Below, one piece after another: positions 33,493 through 47,592 of a stretch of DNA of 64,000 nucleotides. Position 1 is the stretch's first letter. The number at the start of each line of letters is the position of its first letter. The stretch spans positions 8,928,001 to 8,992,000 of the forward strand of contig NC_134031.1 of NCBI RefSeq assembly GCF_964204645.1, given 5' to 3'. Position numbers and translations under genes: made by a program. The stretch comes from Tubulanus polymorphus. Its lineage: Eukaryota > Animalia > Nemertea. Under the pieces are notes generated by a model. It was not told where the DNA came from and searched no databases. It saw only the letters and a list, made by a program, of their open reading frames with translations.

Positions 33493-35170
33493 ACAAGAGG
33501 CCCATGGGCCTTGAAGCATTGGTCGATTATACTGTGGTATTAAGTGGTTATAATGTTTTACATCTGCCGGCAAATCTTCTATGACGATGTTGATTGGGAG
33601 GACCACAGACTTAAAGGTCTATTTGTCTAGTACGATTTTATTCCTGAAAATGAATTTATTTTCTGCCGAACGATTTAGCCTAGGCTATTTGTACTGTTAA
33701 GCCTCATTAATGCGATTCTGTTAAAAAGACGAAACTAGTTTATTCTGATTTCCATCATGTCCCAGCTAAGATATTTATATCAATCAAGATTTGGATACAA
33801 AAACCCATTTTTACGCATGAACTGTTAGGCCCCACTGAATAATGAAAACAAAAACCGAACGATTTTTCTGAATGCAATTGCAAGACCCTCTGATCTTAGA
33901 GCTCCAAGCTCTGATGCATGTACGCATGCAAAACATCGCAGAGAGCGATGCCGGCGTTGGTGTCACTGAGGCCGGCTGATGATTGTTTGTTTGTCTTTTT
34001 GTTTGTTTGGCTTTACGTACGTCGTTTGGATCTTGGTTTCCCAAGACTATTATTGGATTGTTCATTTAACCTCACAACGGTACGGCCTTTGAAGTGTTGC
34101 CCGCACACTGTTCGCAGCCAGCAGGACTCGAACCCACTTGTCACTCAGCGTTGATAGTGGATTCAACAGCATCCCGCCTTATCTCACTGAGCTACCGAGG
34201 CAGCTCGATTCAATTCCAAAAAAACTACAGCAGCGGCAAATAACCATCCCAATATTAATTCAATCACTGTTGTTTAACGCATGGAAAAGATAATAAAAGG
34301 TATTTTTTCCCGGCACGCATTACAAAGCGAATCTCTGCCGAGTGCGTAAGAGGGTGCTACCGCCTTCTGAGTGCGCAGCAGGCGGGTAGGGCGTCCTAAA
34401 GTGAAAACTTATATTAGAATATAGCCGAATCGAATTTTACAATGTCAGTCAACTGATTGATGATACAACATGGTTGTTCTCGGCGTACTTAACAATGATA
34501 TTTTCCTCCAATAAACAACCCTGGTAAAATTGAATAAAATGGTCTATCTTTATTGGTGATATCGTATCATGGTGGTAGCCTACTGTTTACCGTTTGATGT
34601 TTCGTGTCATCATGAAATGGTTTTAACTTTAGTAAAGGCGTTCCCGCACGATCACATACGGGTTTCAGTCACGAGTAGGCTGTCGTTCCACTGCTCTAGA
34701 AATACGTATTCTGACGCTGAGAATGAATCCCAAATAATCCCATGGATACTGATAGTTGGAATAACAGTGATATCCAAACACTGTGATATTTATAAACCGG
34801 AGGTACATAATTTTATTTTTTCCTATTCAGAAGAGGCTGTTCCCCATTCTTTACTGCCAATGTCAATGCGGACATATCGCTACGCGATTGTTTAACCCGC
34901 TCTCATCTACCAGATAATGAACGAGAAAAATGCGATCGAATAATTTTTTGGACGATTAAATCAGAAATCTGGCGACGCTATGTTGTGGGGAATAATTGAA
35001 ACATTTTTTTAGTCATTTTCAGCTGTTTCTAATGTTTTACGTGAACGGAGTGACAATTTGAAGTTACAATGAAAATGAGAAGAGTTGGCGCTATTTTTTC
35101 GTACTACTATTTTCGATCCATTTTACTAGCATTGGCATGACGTCATAGACGTCAACCAATGCTAAAAAGA
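33493..35170 (+). repeat. Interspersed repeat, paralogous to 41882-45380
   Basis: Shared head AACAAG(A/G)GGCCCATGGGCCTTGAAGCATTGG and collinear body. The second copy carries two additional MITE insertions. Confidence 0.8.
33983..34203 (-). mobile_element. tRNA-derived SINE (second copy about 42455-42645)
   Basis: Minus strand: A-box TAGCTCAGTGAG, B-box GGTTCGAGTCC, tail GACGTACGTAAAGCC(AAAC)n; no proper cloverleaf. Confidence 0.75.
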
Positions 35171-36899
35171 CAGTGTTCATCTTCTCACTGCTATAACAGT
35201 TTGAATAATTATTCATGATAAATAAAGTTATTTAATGAAAAAAACTTCTTTCATTTTGACACAGCTTCATTTAAAACGATGTATTCATATATGCGCGCTT
35301 GTAGCAGCGCTTAATACATTAGGCTATATATAGCGTGTGACTCACACAACTGTATGGTAGTGTATTATACCTGTGTGTGTAACAGTCTATTGATTAACAC
35401 ACAGCAGCAATCAGGCTGAGGCGCACATCGTTATCAAAACAAACTATTCAATATAATGATACAAGTAATTATTCTTCTAAGAGAATGGACTCGACTTATA
35501 AGCCGGATATATGTTAAAATCATGAAATGTAGGTCTAAAAATCGACCTTGACTTATACGCCGCGTAGACTTATACGGCGGTTTTTACGGTAATACATAAT
35601 CCTAATATCATCTCGACAATTTTCAATTACTGGTCCGACAATTTAAGCATAATATCATGCAATTCGTTGGTTGATAGGACAGGCTTTTTAATGAACGTAC
35701 GGGTGGTGTGGTCAAATAAAGTAAGTACAAAGATCGAACGAGGAGGAGGGGAACATTTGAAGCAATTAGATTTATTTCACCGCCAGTTAAAATATTTTTC
35801 GCAAACAAAAATATCAGGATTTGGGATTTATGCACCGAGGAGGTGTGCTCATGACTAACACACCCGTGCGCTCAACAACAAAACCGTCCATTGGATAGGT
35901 ATTCAGCTAGTATGTATATATTGAAAACTAGAAAAACTTCAAACATGTGGTTGGTTCTATTACAGTAGGTTTGAATGAAAAAGATTGTTTTTCATTAGAC
36001 TGCTGGCTGAGACAATCTGTTCTACAAACATTAACAAGAACCCTGATAAACCATCCTTTGCTTTACAATTGTCAAGTAAAGACATGCTGAAAAGTCAATT
36101 GATGATAATGAGCCCCAAAGGGCACCACACTTTTCACATTCGCTTTTCATAAATCAAATGATGTGCCCTGTGGGTTACATATTTGTCAAAACACACTCCC
36201 AGATCAATAGACGTGTTTTATATATGTAATAACAGAGACACTGGGGCTGACAAGAACGAATACCTCAGATCAATCTCTATCGATAGTTTAATGAACAATC
36301 TAAATTTAGAATAAAATAAAATTGAATTTGATGAATGTTAACTTTTTAACTCAATAAACTAAAATTGACTTGGATTTGATATTTTTTGCGAAACAAAATT
36401 TTATTGAATTTGCAATTCGTGTACATGGCTAATTTGCATATCAATGTCATCTATCCGAGAAATTTTTCCAGAACAATTATCAAGTTTATTTGCTCTGTTG
36501 TAAACTGAAGTCCGATTTGCTACTATAGAATTTCATTGTAGTCTCGTTTAGCATTAGTACTGTAGGATTTGTACCCCTTCATTGAACCCCTCTATGCTTG
36601 ACCGTTACTAAGTCTCTAGCGCATTATATGTACAGTATATATTGAATATCTCGCAGTTAAGCATTGGTCATTTTCATAGAAACTCGCTCTTGGAGGAGCT
36701 ACAGTAATTGTAAGTTACGAATTTCAAGATATGCTGTGGATTAGTTTTTCTCTTGATTCTCTTGATAACTTCAATTGATTACTTATATATATTTCTATTT
36801 TCATATTTGTAGCAAACCAGCATTATATGATATAGTACAGCATCGTTAGTTGTTTGAATAAAACACGCAGAGTTTGAGAGTAGCTATGATCGTCGTTTT

Positions 36900-38200
36900 G
36901 TAGATTTTTTCGAGGAATCGTTTCGTCGATTTGGAACATTGTACAAGTCTTGCTGGTTGGCTAACTCGTGCTATTGATGCTGCAGATTCAGTTCGCGTAT
37001 CGGTGCCCGTCGAACCGGCAAAGCAACGTATCGCTGAAGTTTGCAAAATTTGCAGACTGCTCATGACAAGTTCATGTCTGTGCTTGAGGGCATCGGATGC
37101 AGTGTTATTTCGATAAAGCTATGGTTGCTTTAGAAAAGTTAGATAATTTTGCTAAAAGAAACTTGTCTTGAGATCCGAATGCACTCGTTTTCCAAGCGTC
37201 GTCTATATCTTCCGTGTCGCACCCAGTTCCAGAGGATCTTTCGGAGAATGTCGTGATGAATGCTGTAAACAACTCGTCGCCTAGGACTATTGATACGGAA
37301 TCGAGGATTTGGTCGAAGGTGTTGAAACTATAGTATATGTGGAATCATCAACCTCACTGGAAGAAGCCGTTATCATGATTGAGATCGATCGAGATTTACC
37401 GAAAGTTGGTCTCCCGATTCAACGGTTCACCGCTTGTCTGGCAGACGTTCATTGAGCAGTTTTATGTGCAAGTACATAATCATCCCGGGATCCAAGATTC
37501 CAGACATCAGGACCTTCTGCAGTCGCATGTACAAGGTGAAGCCAGAGAGCTCATTCAAGGTCTTGGGTTTAGTGGTTGTAATTATGCACGTTCCGAAGTT
37601 TGTGTTTGGACACAGAGTACACGAAGCTTGGGCTAATAATGAATGAATTACGAACGGACCACCCACAAATTCATATGATTCAATATCATTACGTTCGTTT
37701 ATATCATCACATTAGTGTGAGAGATTGCTTAATTACTCTAAAACAAATGAATTATCTTTCTGAAATTGACAGTAGTGATTTACTACAGAAAGTTGTAAAA
37801 CGTATCCTGATTGACAAATGTCAATGGAACGAATTCATTAGGCGCTATATCTTGACAACGAGGTCCTACATTGTTTGACCTAGAAAGTTGGCTCAAAGAT
37901 TGTGTTGACGCTGACTTTGGTCCATTCTCATTACAACAAAATAAGTTTAAACTTAAGCGTAATATTTCTTCTAGTAATGCTGTGGCCGAGTCTAGCGATT
38001 CCATTGGGTTCGAATCCCTGCGACAGAGCATGTCAGAGGTGTTGAAAAGACAGAACAAGGTGCCCATGGGCACTGATAGATTCAGCGCAGAAGTTAGTGA
38101 ATTGAAGGAGTTAATAATATCCACAATAGACCATACATTGTTTAGTAAGGTGCTCTATCAGCTTATACTTGACATAAAAGGAAATGCATGTTATGAAATT
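36900..38200 (+). pseudogene. Decayed BEL/Pao gag (DUF1759-like)
   Basis: FNGSPLVWQTFIEQFYVQVH...LQSHVQGEARELIQGLGFSGCNYA...FGH; frameshifted; no pol or LTR seen. Confidence 0.8.
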
Positions 38201-40360
38201 ATAAGGTAATTAGATTTTAAATGACAAACAGTTGAATCATTTCAAGGAAGAGAAGGTAAATATGTAACCCATTTATAGTAGGCCTAATAGATTTTGAAAT
38301 GATATACATACAATCATTATAAATTATAAAGCTCTTAATAAATTCTAAGGTTTCGTTAAATCAAAAGCATCTCAAATGTCATATTCATACTTTTGTTGCT
38401 GAAGCTGAAATCAAATCTAGCTGTATCGGGAGATGAGAAAGTATTCCATAGAAACTCCGGATTTTCAGGATTCAAAGCCAAGACCTAAGGCTAAAAAGTT
38501 GATACCTTGTCTCTCCACTCATTGCTGAGCTTAATAGTTGACACAGCCAGCCACATGTTTACCTTGTACATTACTTTTTTAAAACCATGATCAATGATAT
38601 TTTACTATATCAGACCCGGCAGTTTAGAAATGAACTGATAAAGTTTATAACATTCTACAACTAAAGAGATTCTTTCTGTCTGGTTGGTTTAATCAAGTTC
38701 AGCTTTTTGATGAATTGTCAATTAATTTTTATGTGACAGTGCACCAGCTCGACATGAACACTATGTACGTGTGAGCGGTATCTATTCGCCAGACAGAAGC
38801 GACAGTCAACCTGCCCTTATAGTGTCATTGGGGAGGCAGCTTACAGTACGCCATATGAGAGAAGGCGCGGATCGCGGCTACCCTATTACGTAACCGTCTC
38901 AATAAAACCATAGCGTCAAGCAATAGTGCAAGCAAGTTGCCGAGGCCAATAGGACGGTTCCCATGGGCAGGAATGTAGCGAGCCTGCCATGGCGAGATGG
39001 CGAGTTCGAATTCAACTATATACTACACAATATTGGTCGACATGTATGGTGTTTTTAATACGAATTAGAATTGTTTAAAATTCATCTGCATATTGATACA
39101 AACGTTTTTTTCGTCAAGATAATCCCGAGCGTGTGCATAATTAATTTTTGCTCAAATATTTCCTAACAAATCTTTTTTTATTAACAGAATATCCTTTATC
39201 TAGATTAAAGGCTTCGTTGATTTTGGTGAGCTTCACATGTTACTAAAACGAGGGCGCTATTATAACAGCTCCGCAGTAAATACTGCAAACGACTCCGCGC
39301 ATCGACATGAAATTTTCAGCACAGCAAATGAAAAATCATCGTCAATTTTATTTCTTCTTTTGTAGTTTTCTCATTGGAGAATTTTATATGTTGAATCAGT
39401 AATATATAAAAAGCCTACTTGTAAATTCGACAGCAAATGTTGTACCATTCTGCTCGTGATGTTTACGTTAGTAGATCAAGATGACGTCACACTACATCGC
39501 TAAAATCCCCAAAAATGGCATAAAATTGCTAATTCACCCAATTTAGGCTTCAACAACAGTCTTCAAAAGCAGTTGCCACTTAGCTGCCGTTATAACAGCC
39601 AACTAAATGCAGACCTTAGCCCGTGAATCATTTCACACTCGGAGGAGATAGCGGTCAACACGAATTCAGCACTCCGTTTAATACTATTAGATTCAGCTGC
39701 GCTGTGCTTGTTGATAATCAACAAAACATGATTGTTAATTACTACTGACTGTTGACAGCATTCCACTGCTGTTTAATTTACCTCAGAATTCTATTCAAGA
39801 ATGTACTTATGCAGCTGTCAATCTGCTGTCTGTACCCACCACCAGATATCACGATGACAGGATATCACCATGATCAAATTTGACAGCAGTCCAGGTAACA
39901 CCGGACCTAGACAGAAGCAACTATGGTTTCCAGACACTATCACTAGACCATGGGGTAAAATTTGGTTTCAATTAGCCTAATTGGATTTTCAATAGTTAGA
40001 TCACAAGTTGCAAAGTTGATAGCCTTCAATCCAATCTATAATAAATACATCAACTTTGTTAAAATCAGGTTTCTTATTTTTAAAAAGATGTTAAAAATGC
40101 CTCACTTACAAGCTACGTCAATACCAGACCAATTCCTCAACTAACAATCGGATAACGCTATCTATCTTCAGTCATCAAGCAAAAAATATTGCTGGTGCTA
40201 AGTGGCAGAACGGATTGCAATAAGAATTTAAGTCTAGTTTTGGGGAAAGTATTTGAAACGAATCAATCAGCAAATATATATTTAGCTATCATAGCATTTA
40301 AATTTGGGGGTTATTCAGCATATAAGAACTCAATGATGCCAACTCAAATGTTAGACTCAC

Positions 40361-40461
40361 CTTCCTAAATCACGCTGCAAGTCTGTAAGGTACTGTTGAC
40401 ACTGTGATGTATAGTTTAACTGGCTTTCAATGAAGTCGTTGAGACAACGCAAATGGCTGGT
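40361..40461 (-). CDS. SH3GLB1: Endophilin B coding exon: TSHLRCLNDFIESQLNYTSQCQQYLTDLQRDLG
   Basis: tttctag/gtgagt boundaries, 101 nt; matches endophilin-B1 HHLRCLNDFVEAQMTYYAQCYQYMLDLQKQLG; 141-nt intron to the previous exon. Confidence 0.96.
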
Positions 40462-40602
40462 CTAGAAAAAAAATCTAAATTATCTTATCTAAATAATGCA
40501 ATAATATAGGGTTTCATAAAGATCACCTAGTAGAAATCAGGAAAATTTCATAGTAGAGCAAAATGAAAAACAATATACTAAAATGAAAATGTTCATACGT
40601 AC

Positions 40603-40692
40603 ATGTGTACTGCTAATCCCTTCCAGTAATAGTTTAGTAACTTCAGCTTGTCGATCAAATTCAAGCTGGCAGGACTTCTCTTCCTTCTCTGC
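40603..40692 (-). CDS. SH3GLB1: Endophilin B coding exon: AEKEEKSCQLEFDRQAEVTKLLLEGISSTH
   Basis: tttctag/gtacgt boundaries, 90 nt; matches endophilin-B1 EFDRQAEITRLLLEGISSTH. Confidence 0.96.
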
Positions 40693-42865
40693 CTAGAAAA
40701 ATAACAAGAAAATTAATTTTAATAAATCATTTGACGCCTGCAAAAAATGGAGAATTTTTGGGATAAACTAATGTGGGATTGCAAATTTAAAATGGAAGTT
40801 TTAAGAAATTTGGGAAATTGTGAGATTTGGCGATGGGGTAGGTGATATAGGTCGAGGGCCAGGCTAATTAGCCCATCGACGCTGCCACTCGATCCTCTTG
40901 ATTCTGGGTTGAAGTAGACATTGAAATAGTAATAGGCTTGTTTATGTTATTCTGTATGAATTGCGCATCTGTTTTGTATGTTGTATTTTCTTATTTTGAA
41001 ATTTGTAAGTGTATTGAATTTGGGAATCTTATATGTAATGTTTAAACCTCAACAATAGAACATCAGATATTGAAATCCTAAAACAAATCACTACAGATCA
41101 CGAGCAGTGGAGAAATAAAGTACACAACATCTTGGCGCAGCGGCGCTTGCTGATGTAACTGATGATGATGATATGTTTAACATTAAGATCAATAAAGAAT
41201 TGAATTGAATTATCACCTAATACACGTGCCATCAGAGGAAGTGGAGCCGTATACGACAGCTATGCAATTATAAATTACTAATCGGGATCGTTCTCATGAA
41301 ACCGGCATACCCGGCCCTTATATCGAACATATTTTCTAAAACATTTGAATATTGAAATTATATGTTTACACATTTTTATCTTGACCACTTGTAGCCGCTG
41401 ATAAATTTCACACCGGCCCTACGCAGATTGTAGACAGCTTCGTCATTCCACGAGCATTCCTATGCCAGGGTCTTACTTTTATATCAGACTTCCGCATCGT
41501 GTATAAATCCGCCATTTTACCAAATAATCCGATTTACTAATCAATTCTATTCATGCCTGCCGCTTCTGATATCATCATACATCCATTACTATTACAATGC
41601 ATCTTCTCATTATATTCAATGCAATATAATATTTCGACGTTCAAATATGGCTTATTATATAATCACATGAAGACATTCTACATCTTTGTCAATAATGATT
41701 TGCCAAATAGTTTTTGTGTACATATAGACCTGTGACGTTTTGCACATCGATTTACGGTTGTGGTTTGTAAAATGAAGCTGAATGATTAACATTGTTAAGG
41801 TTTCATAATGGTAATGTTTTATAAGGCGTAAAAAAACTGACACATTCAATTCAAATATCACAAATATCTTCCAAAATTCAGAACAAGGGGCCCATGGGCC
41901 TTGAAGCATTGGCAGATAATACTGTGGTAAGGTATTAAGTGGTTAATGTATTACATCTACTGGCAAATCTTCTCCGACGATGTTGATTTGGAGGACTACA
42001 GTCATGAGGTCAATTTGTGCTAGTACGGTTTTCATTTATGCTGAAAATTAATTTCATTCTGCCTAACGATTTAGTTGCTATTTGTATTGTTCAACCTCAT
42101 TAATGCGATTCTGTTAAAAAGATGAAACTAGTTTATTCTGATGTTTTCCATCATGTCCCAGCTAAGATATTTATATCAATCAAGATTTGGATACAGAAAC
42201 CCATTTAATACAACAATTTCGCCTACACGAGATTCGTATCAACGATGTACAACTGTAAGGGTAATCTTGACTGACTGGGGTTTTTTGCATGAACTGTTAG
42301 GCCCTACTGAATAATGAAAACAAAAACAAAGATTTTTCTGAATGCAAGATCCTCTGATGCATAATAGGTACGTAGCTCAACCGGTCGAACATACGCATGC
42401 AAAATGTCACACAGAGAGCGATGCCGGCGTTGGTGTCACTGAGGCCGGCTGATGATTATTTGTTTGGCTTTACGTCGTTTGGTTTCCCAAGATTCCCTAT
42501 TGGTTGTTCATTTAACCTCACAACCGGACGGCCTTTGAAGTGTTGCACACAGCCAGCGGGACTCGAACCCAGTTTTTTCTCAGCACTGATAGTGGATTCA
42601 ACAGCATCGTGCCTTATCTCACTGACACTGAGCTACTGAGGCCGTTAAATTCAGTTCCAAAAAATGTACAACAGCAGAAAATAACCACCACAATATTGCA
42701 ATTTATGACAAATGTAAATTTAATCTCTATTGTGGTGTTCAACGCATGGAAAAGATAATAACAGTTATTTTTTCCCAGCGTGCATTACAAAGCGAATCTA
42801 TCTGCCGAGTGCGTACAGGGCTGCTACCATCTCGTGAGTGTGCAGGAGGCGGGTATGGCATCTTA

Positions 42866-43440
42866 CAGAGATGAGAAGGCTGTCTTTTAAAATCCGCAGT
42901 CCTTTTCTTGAGTTGCCCATGCGAACCAGCTGAAAATCTTAGAAACTAAAAGCGTTTTCCGACCACAGAGCGATCTTGAACTCATGAACGAGTATTATAT
43001 TTTAGAAGGTAATGGCTATTTCCAATGTGGCCCATTCGATGACAATCAGCATCTCATGTATTACAGGTCGAGCCCTGAATTATTGCAGTTAAAATGCGCC
43101 AATGAATGCACACTAAAGATCATCACACAGGGTATGATATCTGAAAGCGTTCGCAGTAGGCCTACATACATTACTACTGTTGCGGCGCGCGCATGCAACC
43201 GATCGATAAAATACATACACATCCCAATTGTAGTGTGCAATGCGATACGCGACGATAAGTTAAACAGGGGCCAAACGCTTTTATGGTTCACCCATTTACC
43301 AATCGCGCCAGACCAGCTGAGTGAGACCATCATCTCTCCCCCCCTATATCTTTACATCATTTTTGGACTTTTTGGAAAAATGATTTTTCAAAACTGGAAT
43401 GCGCAGTTTCCCGCGGATCTGCGGGGAATTCTCACCTCTG
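42866..43440. mobile_element. hAT-like MITE with 6-bp TSD (copy 2)
   Basis: ATCTTA|CAGAGATGAGAA...TTCTCACCTCTG|ATGTTA; absent from the paralogous site near 34395. Confidence 0.8.
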
Positions 43441-43745
43441 ATGTTAAAGTGAAAACATATCTTAGAATATGGCCGAACCGATGGAATTTTACAATAAACT
43501 CTCAGTCAACTGATTGATGATACATGGTTGTTCTCGGCGTACTTAACAATGATATTTTCCTCCAATAAATAACTCTGGTAAAATTGAATAAAATGATTTA
43601 TCTTAATTGATGATATAGTATCATGGGTGGTAGCCTACGATTACTGTTTGATGTTTCGTTTCATCATGAAATAGTGTTAATAGTTTTAGTAAATGCATTC
43701 CCGCACAATCACATAACTTACCTATACGGGTTTCAGTCATTAGTA

Positions 43746-44888
43746 CAGACCTACCAACCTGACTACTTACCAAATCCTAACAAATTATTTTTAAAAGAGT
43801 AACACTGACACCCTTAAGAGTAACATGACCCCAAAGCCCTCATGAAAAGAGTAACAGAGGCACCCTGTGGGGTAATACGACTTAAAACACTTGTTTTATC
43901 AATTCCTGTGCATTTTCTATCTACTGCACTTATGTTCTAAGACATTATATCTTGACATGAGGCCATGACTAATAATGGAACACCCAAAAATATTGAATAA
44001 ATTTTTTTTATTTACTCTTAAGAACCTAAAAAAAAAAATATATTTATATCAAATCTGAAGAAAGAACAGAGTGACTCTCCAGTTAAAAACTTTTAAACGT
44101 TAAAACAACTCTATGAGACAGAGTTGCACTGAATAACATTTCTAAACACAAACATTTCTACAGTAGTAACAAACCTTTTCAACGATCGTCATATCATAAG
44201 CTATACCATGACATATCGATAAGACGATATGTCAATACCACAGTACATGCAGCGCGCGTGGAATCGACTCTTTTGAGATCTTTTGATGAACGAGTACTTG
44301 GTAGTATACGATGAGGAAAAAGTGTACCTGAGTGAATTTTTTTCAGGCGGTTCATCGTCATTTGACTCTGCCGATGAATTATTCCCGAATGATATTTCAT
44401 CGAACTGCTCCTCAATCGCCTCCGCCATGTTTAAAATCTTTTAAGCTAATTTCCAACTGAAACCGTCCAAAACAGAAACAACCAATTCTATCTATTGACA
44501 CTTAACGTTACATAAATACATCAGCATTACATAACAATATAACAATTACAATAAGATTAAGAAAAAAAAAACAATACAGAGAAATGAAATATAACATACT
44601 AACATAAACCATAATGGATAGCTAGTAGACTGGTTGCCTGTCCAAATCAATAGAGACCGATAACCAGTCTAGGTAGCGGGTAGCGAGTTTAATGAATCAC
44701 ACTACGATCGCAACCGTATTCGTTACAAAGACATGTAAAATACGCTAATGCAATAAATTTCTAGTAATTTATTCAAAACGTAGTATTACAATATTCTATC
44801 GTAACACAATTGGGAAATAACGTAATTATATGACATTTTATCGTAAAAAAAAGATCGGGATCGTAACTATTATGATTTGGCAGCTATG
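43746..44888 (-). mobile_element. Internally deleted hAT-like element retaining the transposase N-terminus
   Basis: Imperfect TIRs CAGACCTACCAA / TTGGCAGCTATG; TTAGTA / TGAGTA flanks; ORF 44428-44201 with YSFIKRSQK..FHARCMYCGIDIS (BED-like finger start); absent from the paralog near 34675. Confidence 0.65.
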
Positions 44889-46614
44889 TGAGTAGGCCTA
44901 CCGTTCCACTGCTCTAGAAATACGTATTCTGCCGCTGAGAATAATCCCAATTAGTCTCATTGCTTCTGATAGGAGGAATAACAGTGGTATTCAAACACTA
45001 TGACATTTATATACACCGGGAGTACATAAATTTATGTTTTTCTATTCAAAAGAGGCCATTCCCCATTCTTTACTGCTAATGTCAATGCGAACATATCACT
45101 ATGCGATTATTGCTTAATCCCCTCCCATCTACCAGTTATCTAAGGAGAAAGAAGCGATAGAATACTTTTTGGACCACTAAATCAGAAATCTGTTGACGCT
45201 ATGTTGTGGGGAATAATTGAAACATTATTTTGAGTCATTTTCAGCTGTTTCTAATGTTTTACGTGAACGGAGTGACAATTTAAAGTTAAAATGAAAATGA
45301 GAAGAGTCAGCGCTATTTTCTTGTGGACTACTTTTTTAAATCCATTTGCATGACGTCATAGATGTCAACCAATGCTAAAAAGTACTTAGCTTGGTAGAAC
45401 AAAAAAAAGTACTCAGCTAGAAAGAAGTTTCAAGAGATTTCAGCATAAGACATGCGCGAAAGTTTTCTCGATGACTATAAGAACATATTACTCTATTGAG
45501 TGCATTTTTACAATGCAATGTTTTTGCATTTAGGGGTCAAATATGGGTACCCCCAATTTTTTGACAAGATATTTGCTCCTAGCTTGTTAACTGAAAAATT
45601 AGAATAGTGGTTACAGTTGCATTCGGCAGCCATTGCCTAGACGCTTGTAACGATTTGTTTGACTAAGCAGTCCTTGCCTTCTCAGAATCATTGACAGCTT
45701 TTTACCACAATAGCAAATCACTTTCAAGGGCACATTTGCAAGTGATTTTTGTATGATATTAGAAAAGCCTTAGAAAGGAATGAACATTTAGAATAAATTG
45801 ATCCTTTTTAGTTAAAGAACAATAGTGGAGTGCTGACACAAGTCAGAATTGTTATTGAGGAATGATCACTTTTTCTCAAATTCAAATTCAAAATGACTTT
45901 ATTGACCTTAAAGGGCAAATGCCGTCAAAATTGTACTTTCCGCAATTTCTTAACCAGAAAAAAGTAGCTTGAATTGGCAGTAAATTAGTCATGTATAATC
46001 GATCAAATAAACATTGTTTGTTCACTGTATTCCCAGACCTACAAAGCTACTCACTTATATACCATTATCATATCGTATACAACGGTAGCAACAGTATACA
46101 ATGGTAAGAGTTCAAAATTCAAAGACACTTCTTACACCCTACTCTAATGAAATGACTGGAAGCTTTGAGAGCTTGTGAGAGATGACGTCAGAAAGGTGCA
46201 CATGCTAACGTTAACAATAACAGTAAGCACGCGCTGAAATTGCTGATTTAAAAGTCGTATTTCTCAGTAATGAACTAAATTTCAAACCAGTTGCATATTT
46301 GATATTTGTGAATATATCACATTTTAAAATAACTTTTACATAATATTCTATTTTGACAGCATTTGCACATAGATCAATGTAACATAGGTAACCTTGCAAC
46401 TACCAGGTATATTGTTGTACTTGCACAATAAAATCAGTTTTTGAAAATGACCCATAGAATGGGCTGAAACGTCAAATTCTCATCTAGTTTTTCATTATAT
46501 TGTGGGTTATTAATTCATTAATATCAGACAGTCACTTGTTTATGGAACACATCGTAGTACATGTTTAAGTATAGGTCTATGACAATGCACTGCTTCAAGA
46601 ACCAAATTTCTTAA

Positions 46615-47592
46615 CCCTTTCGGTAAAACATACATCCGGTACAGAATAGACGTACTCCATTCCCCGAAAGGGGTCACTATACGTTTTTTGTCGGAACTTG
46701 AACCCTATTGCATTTGAACGCTTCCTGGTTGTAGTAAACATCTGTTAGGTGGTGCGCAGGTACATTTTGTGAAAGAATTTAATAGTTTTATGAACTTTTG
46801 TGGTAAAACAAAAGGCAAATGGCACAAAAATGGAGACTAACAGTAAGTGAGGCGATAAGATGATATTGAATTCCAACGGCGAGAATGGCTCTGATCAGCG
46901 GACTAAGGAGCGGCATAATCTGTTTATGAAGGTATTGATGAAAACAGATAGCAATAATTCTTTCGATTCAGTAGGTCTAGGGGTACCTTATGCCTAGTTA
47001 CCTAGATATATACTGTATATGATTAGCAATTAGGATAACATTTGAAGTAAAAAAATTGTTTCTCAATCTTTTCATGGACTAATTCTGAAGAAATGGAGAA
47101 TACAAATGACAGATTTTATCATCATCTATGCAGTCTGAGGTGCCCAGGGGGCACCCAGATCAAACGAGACCCCACCATTACGATATTGTTCATGGTCGAG
47201 TTCTATATTCCCGTAACATGTTTCTATGATATATTCTGTTCAATTAAATTTCTTTTGACATGATATCATAAAATAGAAGTGAAGTCCTTGATTTCTGTAC
47301 GTCAATTCGCTCTATTTTGAGTACTATTTTTCCAGGCTTCGATTCCAGAAATTTTCGGTAGTAATTTCCAATCCAAGATGACTGACATTCGTCACATGAC
47401 TTCAACGCATCAATCTGAACCAAGGAAAATTATTATGAAAAGTAGCCCTGATTCATATGTCGAATATGGTGTATAGTTTATTCATTTAGGTTTAGTAGTT
47501 TCTGAGTAATGTAATAAGTTAACTGGAGACACTAGTTTCACCCGAAAATCAGCTCAGTATTATACCATGTAAAATGGCCAGTACTGAAAGGG
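46615..47592. mobile_element. Non-autonomous piggyBac-like element
   Basis: TTAA|CCCTTTCGGTA...TACTGAAAGGG|TTAA. Confidence 0.85.

Noticed and set aside
34114-34203. tRNA gene
   Set aside because: A and B boxes are present but there is no valid acceptor or anticodon stem, and it continues into a SINE body and tail.
42984-43517. 177-aa ORF
   Set aside because: Lies in a MITE whose other copy (23152-23586) has stops and indels in the same region; chance ORF.
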